Source: Eledone cirrhosa
Lineage: Eukaryota
Assembly (NCBI GenBank): GCA_964016885.1
Contig: OZ024751.1
Span: forward strand, 15,438,001 to 15,502,000
Direction of reading: 5' to 3'
DNA length: 64,000 nt
The notes under the pieces are model-generated. The model searched no databases. It saw nothing but the letters and a program-made list of their open reading frames with translations, and had not been told where the DNA came from. This document shows positions 51,491 through 64,000 of this stretch, piece after piece (position 1 is the first letter of the stretch; every line of letters starts with the position of its first letter). The position numbers were made by a program, and so were the translations under genes.

Positions 51491-53802
51491 TCTCTATGGC
51501 AAGTTGGAGGGCCTCTATCATCCAAGAGTGGGGAACAGAATCGAAAGCTTTCCTGTAGTCCAGCCAGACTGTAGTCATATTCCTCCTAAGTTGTCGCACC
51601 TCCGATATCACAGTTTTGTTGTTTAGGAGCTGTTCAGCACATCCCCAAACCACTTTCTTTCCAGCTGCTTGTTCATCTGTGGTGATGTTATTATTTTCAC
51701 AGTGATCTTGGAGGAATAGATTCAGGCAGGCTGTATACATCTTATACACCAGGTTCTGGCATGCAATGGGTCGGTAGTTTTTTGCTAGGTGGGTGTCTTT
51801 GTTCTTGGGGACCAGTAATGTTTGTGCTAATGTCAACCATTCTGGTATAAGTGTATCTCCCTTAAGAACTTGTTGGTAGAGGTCAGTAAGATACCTCCGA
51901 TAGAATATCAGTTTTTTGTACCAGTAGCCGACAATCATGTCTCTTCCTGGTGTTTTCTTATCTTGGAGTTTTCCTATCACAGTCTCAAGGGTACCCTCAC
52001 TTATTTCGTATGTTTTTGTTGTAGTGTAGGAGCAATAGTACTTTCGGATTTCTTTTAGCCACAATGCATCTTGGTTGAAATTCTTCTTTTCACCCCATAT
52101 TTTTCTCCAAAAGGAATCTATGTCTTTCTGGGATGGGGCCTCAGTGACACTTATTATTTTGCCCTTCATATCTCTATAGACTGATGTTTGATTTCGTCTG
52201 AATCTTTTATTAAGCACTTTTCTTTCATCTACCTTCTTCAGGTATCGGCGTTTTTCGCTAACAGTTCTCAATCCTTGTTTGAGGGTGATCAGCTTATATT
52301 GAAGAGTTCTGGTTCTACTGTTACCAAACATCGTCTCTATTTTATTTTTCACTCTTTGTTGGTGAGGAGTGAGGTTTTTTTGTGTTTGTTTGTATGTAAG
52401 GAGCATTGTCACATGTCCTATGGTTTTTCGTAGGTCAGCAATCTTTTTTTCTATTTTAGTTTTATATGATGGTATATTTAATGGTGTTTTGTTCTTGTTA
52501 ATATCTCTGCTATCACCAAGATAACGCTTCACTGTTGTTGCTAAGGCATATAAACAGGCGTTGATTTGCCAAAATGTTGGGTTTTTATCCGTCGTAAATA
52601 TTCATCCCCTATTTCGTGAATAACAAGTAATATTTCATTATTTGTTTTTGTTTTTTTTTTTATTAAATTTTGTCGTTTTAATACGTTCAGCAAGGGAGAT
52701 ATTTATACATGAATTAATTTCTCTCTGGAAGATTTCGTTGAGGGAAATTTTCAATTGTTTATACTTTTGATTATTATCATTATCGATCGTATTTTCCACA
52801 ATAGTCGAGGTATACTCGGATGGTACACGTGGTGTCAAATTTCTTCGATTATTATTATTATTTCTTCGATTATTATTATCGATAGTGTTTTCCCCAGCAT
52901 TCGAGGTAGACTTAGATGGTACACGTGATGTCAAGTTTCTTACAGGCATAGTTGTTTCAAGGCACTGTTCGACCTGGCTGCTAGGGAGTCTAGTATCATG
53001 GCGACTTGTAGCACGTGTTGTTGATCCCATATTTGTTGTAGGGGGACTTACAATTAATAATATTTATCTTATTTTTACGTTCAACAAACGTCGCTTGTTG
53101 GCGTAATTGTTTCGCTGTGAAGTGATTTAGCTCTGGGTATATTTCGTCCCAGTGTAGCTTCATTCTGTTCATATAGCAATGGAGGGATTTTTTTTTGCCA
53201 TTTTATAACAATTAAATAAATCATCATTAAGTACGCAACTCCACGAGAAATGCGATTTATAATTTCGGTTTCTTCTGTAGCTACAACTGAATAAATTTTG
53301 TTTACCCTTCTCGTTGTTTTTCTTCGGTACTTCCTTAATGTTGTTGTTGATGTTGTGTTCAGCCATGCTGTTTGTAGCAAATCCTTGTAAAATGAATTAT
53401 GTATTTAATCGGATATCTCTACGAATTCGAATAAAAGGTGTCTTCAGTGGATATAGTTAGAAGAATACCCAGTTATTCAACATGACTGTAGTTGTGGCAT
53501 TACTGTCGGAGATAGTATTCATCTTAAATATAATGAATAGTCTCTCACACCAAAATATGCGACTGATCGCGTAGACTGACTATGTATGTATGTATGTATG
53601 TATGTATGTATGTATGTATGTATGTATGTATGTATGTATGTATGTATGTATCTATTCCCAGTGAATGTTTTGGTTGCCAAATCTGTGCAAGACATTTTAG
53701 ATCATTGGCTGGGCTAAAAAGCCACATTCGATCGCAGCGCTGTTAGTTGCTATCGTGTGTGTGGGTGTGTGTGTATATATATATGTGTGTATATTATTAT
53801 TG

Positions 53803-53842
<40 letters not shown>

Positions 53843-53916
53843 GTTTTTTTCTTCTCGTGCAATGGCCATAATCGATAACGAGGGGGCAGCCTCCGTGTAT
53901 GTATGTATGTATGTAT

Positions 53917-55589
53917 GGATCTGTATCAGGTTTTTGTCGATCTGACAAAGGCTTTCGATACTGTCAACAGAGAGGCATTATGGAAGGTTCTCCAGAAACT
54001 TGGTTGCCCTGATAAGTTCCTTGCTTTAGTTAGGTCTTTCCATGACGACATGAAGGCTTGGGTTAATGTCGGAGGTAACATGTCGGAGCCTATCTCAGTA
54101 AAAAATGGAGTGAAACAGGGGGATATTCCAGCACCGACCCTGTTTGCCATATACTTTGCAATGGTTTTCTGTATTGCATTCAGGAATTGCGAGCATGGTG
54201 TTTACATCCGATATCGAACCTCAGGCAGCATATTTAACACCAGGCGCTTTGCTGCGAAGACAAAAGTATTTACATCAATCATAAGAGACCTCTTGTATGC
54301 AGATGATTGCGATCTTGTAGCGCACACAGAGAGTGATATGCAGCACATTTTGAATGCATTTTCTGACGCTTGCACTGCCCTGGGTTTGACTGTCAGTCTC
54401 AAGAAAACCGTCGTCATGTACCAACCTGCCCCTAGTAAGCAGTACACTGAACCAAACATCTATGTGTATGGCAAACGACTTGGAGTGGTTGATCAGTTTG
54501 TCTACCTGGGAAGCACTGTCAATCGATACGGCAACCTTGACAGTGAAATCTCACTTAGGATTAGGAAAGCAAGTGATGCTTTCGGAAAGCTAGAAAGGCG
54601 ACTCTGGGGTCGGCGAGACATATGCAGGAGGACAAAGGTAAAGGTGTACAGGGCATGTGTACTCTCTTGTCTTCTCTATGCCTGCGAGACCTGGGTCACA
54701 TATCGACACCACCTTAAGCAATTGGAGCGTTTCCATCAGATGTGTTTCAGACGGATCCATGGCGTTCACTGGAGGGACCACATCAGTGATGTCGAGATTT
54801 TGGAAAGCTCTATGTGTGACAGTATAGAAGCTCTTGTGCTTAAGCAACGACTCCGTTGGAGTGGTCACCTTGCCAGGATGAAGGATTCTAGAATACCAAA
54901 ACAACTCTTCTATGGAGAGTTGGTTAAAGGAAAACGACCGCCACATAAACCAAAAAAGAGGTATAAGGATTCCTTGAAAGCCTCTCTGAAAGACGCTAAC
55001 ATCTCTGCTGATACATGGGAAAATATTGCTGCTGATCGTAATAAATGGAGAAAGACTGTATATGAGGGAAAAGTTGCCTTTGAGGCATCTCGAATCGCAC
55101 ACGAGAAAGTAAAGCGGGACGTGAGGAAGGGCATTGCTGTTGCACTTCCAGACGGCGAGGGTCCTCCTATGGTGCTGACATGCAGCGTCTGTGCGAGACT
55201 CTGCCTAAGCAAAGCTGGACTCGAAAGTCATCTTCGCAGTCATAAAGTAAGACCAGTGGCTGACTACCAGGCTGCTGTTGGAGATGCTACTCATCATGCT
55301 TGCCAAACATGTGGTAGAGAATGTAAATCAGCAGGAGGGCTCAAGCGACATGCAAAAGTACACGAACTCCAACCACAGCCGACTATTCCCAGTGAATGTT
55401 TTGGTTGCCGACTCTGTGCAAGACATTTTAGATCATTGGCTGGGCTAAAAAGCCACATTCGATCGCAGCACTGTTAGTTGTTATCGTGTGTGTGTGTGTG
55501 TAGATATGCTTATGTGCGTGCGTGTGTGTGTATATATATATATGAATATGTATATTATTATTGTTGTTGTCGTTATTATTATTATTGCA

Positions 55590-55643
<54 letters not shown>

Positions 55644-55651
55644 GTTATTAA

Positions 55652-55716
<65 letters not shown>

Positions 55717-55930
55717 TTATTTTTTAATTTATTTTTTTTTAAATTTATTTATTATTATTATTATTATTTTATTTTATTTTATTTTATTTTATTTTATTTT
55801 ATTTTATTTTATTTTATATATTTTTTTTCTTCTTGTGCAATGGCCATACTCGATAACGAGGGGGCAGCCATCATGTATGTATGTATGTATGTATGTATGT
55901 ATGTATGTATGTATGTATGTATGTATGTAT
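53917..55930 (+). mobile_element. 5'-truncated RTE (BovB-like) LINE with open RT C-terminal half and three C2H2 fingers
   Basis: FVDLTKAFD, GVKQG, LYADD, YLGS and RLRWSGH motifs, then three CxxC...GL..H...H fingers. The 3' end is followed by (tatg)n. A duplicate 3' end lies at 53651-53915. Confidence 0.9.
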
Positions 55931-55946
55931 GCATGTGTATGTATAT

Positions 55947-56300
55947 GCGCGGGGACACAGAAATAGTCAGGCTTGACACCCGATGGCGCGGTTAAACCAC
56001 TGGGAGTGAAGGACCCCTGACCTTTGTCAGGGCATTCTTCTAGGAGAAGGCAACTCAGGAAACTGGGATAACTCCTATATAAAACCTGCGGCTGAGTAGT
56101 TACCAATGATGTTGATCTTTTCTTCTTTTCAGGTTATAACTACTGTCGCCCAGAGAATGGGATTGGCTCAGTGCACAGTCTTTCCTCACTTTAAAAAATA
56201 TCTTCACGCACAGGCATTGCACGATAGCATTAATTAATAAATTTTAATAATGGTATATCTGCAATGGCCATACTTGATAACGAGGGGGCAGCCATCATCA
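55947..56300 (+). mobile_element. Non-autonomous RTE-derived repeat (diverged)
   Basis: gacccct..cctttgtcagggca..tctaggagaagg is shared with the 44621 family. RTE 3' end at 56262-56300. Confidence 0.6.
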
Positions 56301-57539
56301 TCATATATATGTATGTATATGTAACATGTATCCCAGTACAACCTGTCCCATGGTCGGGTCGTTGGCGACTAAACTGGCAACCCCACCAAGGTTTCTTGGT
56401 GAGGAGGGTGACTTTGGACATCCTGCAGGACTAAAAACAAAACCTGTCAAAGGGCAAAGGAGCTCTTAAGAGTCAATGGCCATCCAAAATCATCGGGAGA
56501 GATGACCCCTTAGCCTTTGTCAAGGCAGAATTCTAGGAGAAGGAAAACTCTGATATAACACCTGCAACTCTGATGGTATCCAATGATGTTGACTTGTTCT
56601 TCTTTTTGGTAAATATCATCTTGGTTAAGAGAGTGGGACTGGCTTTGTGCAGTGCCTTTGCTCACTATAAAAGCTTCACGGCACAGGCATTGCTTTATAT
56701 CTGGGGATCTCTCTGCACTTGTCGTCACATGGTACCATGGGCCTAGCACTATGTGTCAATAATTGTCACAAGTGTAGTGTTTGTACCAGAGTTTTCAAGT
56801 CGTTGGCTGGACTAAAAAATCACACTTGTTCAGCGCATCGGTAGGGGTTCTCCTACATGGATATAAAGTAGTGGCCGTACTTGAAAACGAGTTGGCAGCC
56901 ACCATGTATGTATGTATGTATGTATGTATGTATGTATGAGAAATCTCTACAGTAGTATGTAATAATTGAAAATGTTGTACACAATTCCTTGACTTCAAAG
57001 TATCGTCACAAATTTATTATTTAGAAGATTATTTTCCTCTAAATAATACAGCATCTTTTTTTTTTTTAATACTTTTTCAAAATATTGCAAATGTATATTT
57101 ACAGTCTTTTGATGAAGATTTTTCTATACAGACCCATACACGCGTACGCAGACCTGCACACACACACATACATACATGTTTTTGTGTGAAGTAAATCATT
57201 TTTCTGCAGTAAATAATACAGTACAAAGAAATCTTTGTACTGTATTATTTAGAAAAGTTATGTTAATACAATTCTTTTATTTAAGAGGAAAATTTATTGC
57301 TGCAAAAACGTTAAAAACGTAATTGGAGAAATTCAAATATCAAAGAAATGAATTTATGGTAAAATATTGATTCTTCAAAGAAAAGTATGGGAGTAGCATT
57401 ATTATATAATGAACATTGTACGACCCGAAGACATTTTCAACAAATGTCTGATTTGAAGTAAATAGAGGAAAACAACACCATGAAACGCCTTCTGAAATTG
57501 TTAATCTTCATGAAGATATTTAGTTCCATTATGCATCAT

Positions 57540-57800
57540 CAGTCAGCCATTAACTCTTGATTGAGTCGTAGGGACGCCTTAATGAAAATATGAAAATGCA
57601 GCGACTTCTGAGTATTGTTAATCTTGGCAGAGCCCATCCCCCTCTCCAGCCAATTTCTTCCAGAGAACAACAGTCAGCCATTAACTCTTGATTGAGTCGT
57701 AGGGACGCCTTCGTGAAAATATGAAAATGCAGCGACTTCTGAGTATTGTTAATCTTGGCAGAGCCCATCCCCCTCTCCAGCCAATTTCTTCCAGAGAGCA
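57540..57800. repeat. Tandem duplication, 131-bp unit, two copies
   Basis: cagtcagccattaactcttgattgagtcg...ccaatttcttccagag occurs twice. Confidence 0.9.
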
Positions 57801-58014
57801 ACATATTGGTTGGTAATAGCGGTAGAGCATCGGGAAGTATGCTTTGTGGTATATAGTTACGATCCTTTACGATTTGAGTTCAAATCCTGTCGAGGTTAAC
57901 TTTGCCTTTCATCCTTACGAGGTCGATAAAATAAAGTACCAGGTTTGCATTGGGGATCGATCTAATTGACTTTCCCTTCCCCCAAAATCGTTGGCCTTGT
58001 GCCTAAATAAAAAA

Positions 58015-58045
<31 letters not shown>

Positions 58046-59253
58046 CATAAAACATGTCTATAGAATCACAAGATAAAATATATACCATTTCCTCTCCCAA
58101 TTAGCATAATTAACTATATAAAAAATCGAATAGACGAGGCTATAAGAATGAGGCTTCTATGAAGAAATCTTCAACAAATAACCGAAACTAACCCTTCGCG
58201 TCGGCCGTAACGGAATATTTATCGAAACTAGGAGAAAATAGAATACATTTAATATAAACCAGGATAGAACCTGTTTGAAACTAGTTAGATCATTACTCAA
58301 CAGAGGACTCGATGCTTGGAGTAATAGAGTATGGTTATGCGGCTATGTGAGAAAGAGATACAGAGGTAGAATCAACCCCAGTACTGGTACTTTATTCAAT
58401 GTTGAAAAAGTGAAAGGCAAAATTGACAGCCAGAACTAATACTGCAAAACATTCAATCCGACTTCCAGCCTTCCCTAATATTTGGGACCCAGGAGTACCC
58501 TTCAAGAACAGAAACTCAGTCCTCTTGCCGAACTTTCCAACAATTCCCGTCAATTAAATTCCACTCATCAGTTTTTGATCAGCTCGAGGCTAGAATATAA
58601 TAACCACATTTGCCGAATGTATCCTATATTGCGCAGTAGGATATAAGCCGCAGCCACGTTGTTGAGACACGATCTTCTTAAAGACACGTCCATACTTGCT
58701 TCTCATTAGCACAACATCTTTGCGAGATTCTTCGTATTTCTTGCTCAATTACAAGACCACAATACTAACATGGCGAACAGTCAGAAATCATATGCGATTT
58801 GATTTTTAAAAAATTATATTTATTTTCATAAAAATAAATAAATAAATAAATGTATAAATGAATAAATAAATGAATAAATAAATTGAACGAAAGAGGCTGG
58901 AGAAATAATAAGATTAACTGTTAGAGGCGGTGATGTTTTTATTATTTTAGTTTATTACAGATTTCAATATCGTAAATGTATTTATAATGGACAAACTGTG
59001 GATATGTGTGTGTGCGTGCGTGTGTGTTTGTGTGTGGGTGTGTAAGTGTGTGTGTATATATATCGTATATAAATGTGTGTATGTGTGTATATGTGTGTAT
59101 ACGTATGTATATGCATATGTATATGTGTATATATATATATGTATGTGTATATGTACATATATATATTTGTATATATATATGAACATATATATATATTTGT
59201 ATGCATGTATGTTTGTGTATGTGTGATATATATTTGTATATACATGCTTACGT

Positions 59254-59284
<31 letters not shown>

Positions 59285-59654
59285 CATATACATATACATA
59301 TACATTCATGTATGTATGTATATGAGTGTATGGGTGTGTGCAGACATACGCGTGCATATATGTGTGTGTGCATACGTGTATATGCGTGTTTAATTAAATA
59401 AATTCTAACATGCAGATAAATCCGGTTAGTTTGCAGTAGAAAACATTCAGAGTATAATAAGATGAGAGAGAAAGATAGATAGAGGGAGAGAGGGGGGGGG
59501 GGGAGAAAGAGGGTGAGGGGGCGACAGAATTAGAAAACTAGACAAACTTAAGATTCACTGAAACTAGTCAGAACAATGCCAATATTTTTCTATTCATGGA
59601 CACACACACACACATACATATATAAATTTATATATATGATTGTATGTATATATG

Positions 59655-59698
<44 letters not shown>

Positions 59699-59792
59699 TT
59701 ATATATATGTATGTATATAGGAAAAGAATCAGGACCTCGACGGCTGAGCTCCGGCCATTTCCACCTGGTTCCTTACCACACATCCTTCGTTT

Positions 59793-59835
<43 letters not shown>

Positions 59836-60229
59836 GAAAGGTATAGAAAATATTGTAGCAAAAAGCCAACAGTATTCCATAATATATAAGTGACTATAGC
59901 GTCAAAATGGGAAAAATAGTTAACGTAAGATGTGGGAAAAATAATTCAAACTCAACTCAAAAAGAATCAGGATATAGATTCATCCAACAGAATTTAGTGA
60001 AATCCAGGGAAAAATCAATAGAGCCTTAACTCATGATAAAATAAAGTTTAAAATACTCATCCTTCAATTTGGAAAAACTACAAATGGTCTGTATAGTCTT
60101 GAAGACTATTTCACGAAAACTTTCAGTGGAGATGGTCACGGTTGGAATTCGATCCTCAGCAGAGCTCAACTCGATAGCCAAAATTTCTCACTGATTAATA
60201 TGCCAAAAAGGGAATTAAAAGCAGGCTAG

Positions 60230-61221
<992 letters not shown>

Positions 61222-61273
61222 TATATATATATATACAGTTGAAAATTGCAAACTCGACTGTCACCACATATCA

Positions 61274-61312
61274 TGAACCTGAAGATTGCGAAAGCATGAA
61301 AGTACTTGTTCA
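61274..61312 (+). ncRNA. Minimal type I hammerhead ribozyme
   Basis: tgaac-CTGAAGA-ttgc gaaa gcat-GAAA-gtactt-gttca, with palindromic stem III AAGTACTT. Confidence 0.7.
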
Positions 61313-61482
61313 ATTAACACTTAGAATTTAATATTCTATCATACTATTTCATTATAATACCATATTATATATATTTTAAAGGATTGTAAATAAAACGAGT
61401 AAATCAGACAAAGTTGGAATTCCTCTTATTAATATAATCTTCTATACACAATCATACACACCCGTGTATATTTACCTATCTA

Positions 61483-61554
<72 letters not shown>

Positions 61555-61924
61555 TATGTGTGTTTACATTAGTACATATTTTGGTGGGAGGCTTATAATA
61601 AAAAAACAACAACAAACAATGGAGGACTATGTAGAATGGTTAGAATGTTTTATGGTATCTGTTCAGTCTCTACATTTTCTGAGTTCAAATCTTGTCGGTA
61701 ACAACTTTGCTTTTCATCTTTGCAAAATCGATAAAAAAGATAAGTCCTGGGGTTTATACTTCCTCAATATCCGTTTCTCACTTTCCGTCTCTGGAAGAAA
61801 TAGCTGAGTTCCGACCCAGAGAGGGGATGTGCTATGCTGGGTTAAAATGTCCAAATGTATGTATGCGTGTATATATAAATACATACATACATACATCCCT
61901 ATCTATCTATCTATCTATCTATCT

Positions 61925-62400
61925 AGGGCGGGTAAAATTCCCGATATCCATGGACAATATCTCTTCAGCGTTCGTTTTTGGCCTCATCCGAGGAGTAATT
62001 TGCGTTGCTCCAGCGGTAACGAACGTCTTCTCGCGTCGCCGTTGGCAAAACGAGGGTATCTACGGCTAAACCCAAGCCCGCCGCGGCGGTGGCGACGCAA
62101 CGCGAGGTCAGAGGCATGACCCGACCGGGTCCACAACGAAAAGCCGAAACCTTCGTCGCAGCAGAAAGAGTGCGCGCGTCGTCGACCCGTCGTATATCGT
62201 CGTCAAGGCGTTTCTCCTGCGTTAAAATGACGGCTATCACGAGACGGACGCGTATCTACTGCTGTGACGGAAAGCGACTAATCGTCGAGGCCGAGGGTCG
62301 GCGAGGAGGAAGCGGCGGCGCGAGGCGTTCGTTTTTGGCGTCAACCGAGGAGTAATATGTTTCTATGGAGCCCTTCTGTCTCTATCTGGAGTCACGGGTC
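61925..62400. other. Isolated GC/CpG-rich segment with a 32-bp direct repeat, origin unknown
   Basis: CpG-dense sequence within AT-rich DNA. gcgttcgtttttggc.tca.ccgaggagtaat at 61968-61999 and 62325-62356. Confidence 0.7.
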
Positions 62401-63721
62401 CATTCATACATATATATATATATACATATGTGCATACATATATATATACATACGTGCATACCTACATGCATACACACATACATGCATATATACATACACA
62501 CATGCAAACATACATGAATGTATACATACATACACGCATACATACATTTATAAAAATAAATTAATGAAATAGTCTGTGTCGTGTATAAAATAATCAATTA
62601 ATAATCGTGTCAACGAACGCTCAATTATGCAAATTAGACTGGCCATTTGAGCTGAATCCCGTTTATTTGATATAATATACTGACGAAACCACACGGGCTT
62701 TTTCTCAAAAAAATCTTTTTCTGTTCCTTTTTCTTCTCATGCTCTATTTTTCTATTTCTTTTATTTTTCATTCTATCCTTTGATGAAAAACTAGTGTCCG
62801 AAACGTAAAGACTCTTCCTACTATATCAAAGGTTAAACTAACATATTTCTCCATTGTATTGTGTTATTTGCTTTGTTGTTTCCGTTTACTTTTTGCACAC
62901 ACACACGCTCACTCACACATACACAATCACGCACACTCACACACACGCAAACACACACACACACATATATATATATACATGCATATATATTTATACACAC
63001 TTTACTTACCTGTACAGGCAATATTTATTAGAGTGCTGTTGAACTGTATATATATATATATATATATTTGGACACCCTGTATATATATATATATCATCAT
63101 CATCATCATCGTTTAACGTCCATCTTCCACGCTAGCATGGGTTATATATATATAAACTGACAGAAAATAAGTGAATTTTCGTATATAACAATGATGATGC
63201 AGAAAAATTAAAAAACCCATCGTTATTAGTTTGCCTAGAATCAGTTAGATTTGTCTTTAAATATTAGCTTGGCTTTGTTATGGAAGCGAATCGGTGTAAG
63301 AAATACTTTCAGACTTTCCTATAAAATAATCTTAGAAATATTTTTGAAAAAACCCGATATTTTATTTAGTGTGTAACATGTTAAATTAACATTTATCTTT
63401 TCCATAACTATGTTCTGATGAATGTAAATTCTGGTGAATGTAAAATTTAAATATCGAATTTTAATTATTTTATTAGAAAGAGTTATAACAGCATAGATTC
63501 CAACAAAGATTCATTTCCTTGCCAAGAACAGCCAATGAGAAAAAAAAAAAAAATATATATATGTGTGTGTGTGTATTCTCTTTTACTCTTTTACCTGTTC
63601 CAGCTGGGGCACCGTCCTTGGAATATATATGTATGTAAAAGCTAAACAGAAATAACAACACAATCGGTACAGTATATGGAAGGGATACATTAGATTAACG
63701 CTTGATATAGCAGGAAGAGGG

Positions 63722-63757
63722 TCTTAACGTTTCGGACGCTAGTCCTTCATCAGAAGA
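63722..63757 (-). ncRNA. Minimal hammerhead ribozyme of Penelope pLTR type (degenerate inverted copy at 62777-62812 +)
   Basis: TCTT-CTGATGA-AGGAC TAGC GTCC-GAAAC-GTT-AAGA. Confidence 0.75.
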
Positions 63758-64000
63758 AAGAATGAGAAATAAGATAGATTGAGGGGACGGGCGGGTTGGA
63801 ATTGGAAAAAATGTTTTTAGATAAAAATAACATGTTGACATCTCTTATATATATGGTGGCTGCCAACTCGTTTTCGAGTACGGCCACTACTTTATATCCA
63901 TGTAGGAGAACCCTACCGATGCGCTGAACGAGTGTGACTTTTTAGTCCAGCCAGCGACTTGAAAACTCTGGTACAAACACTACACTTGTGACAATTATTG

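Larger units (their letters stand above)
48800..53560 (-). mobile_element. Dong/R4-clade LINE (RT plus restriction-like endonuclease), near full length, with two SINE insertions
   Basis: NYRPIAC, DYRKAFD, GIFQGDSLS, FVDDLKLY, GGRGL, CRFC...HVIGSC, RHD and RPDI...EVSCP motifs. A duplicated RT piece lies at 48510-48725. Confidence 0.9.

Overview
Eukaryotic (animal) repeat-dominated DNA with no recognisable host protein-coding gene. The SINE families, LINE/Penelope types and (TA)n/(CA)n/(TATG)n load resemble cephalopod (octopus-like) DNA; this is an inference. The window has two parts. (1) About 1-19 kb is a densely packed mosaic almost free of microsatellites and SINEs. It contains truncated fragments of RTE, CR1, CRE, Penelope and Gypsy elements, three related LTRs with unusual TGT...CTAAA ends, a 917-bp tandem amplification of CR1 ORF1, and an endogenous parvovirus/densovirus capsid (PLA2) fragment that keeps its promoter. 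All nine identifiable pieces in 1-13.6 kb are on the minus strand, then a block of four pieces lies on the plus strand. This layout suggests a uni-strand, flamenco-like piRNA/trap locus archiving mobile and viral sequence. (2) About 19-64 kb is ordinary repeat-rich sequence: Naiad-type Penelope copies with hammerhead ribozymes, an RT-deleted Tx1/L1, a Dong/R4 LINE, an RTE with C2H2 fingers, maT and mariner transposons, MITEs, tRNA-derived SINEs, minisatellites and microsatellites. Most short ORFs in the track are microsatellite artefacts.
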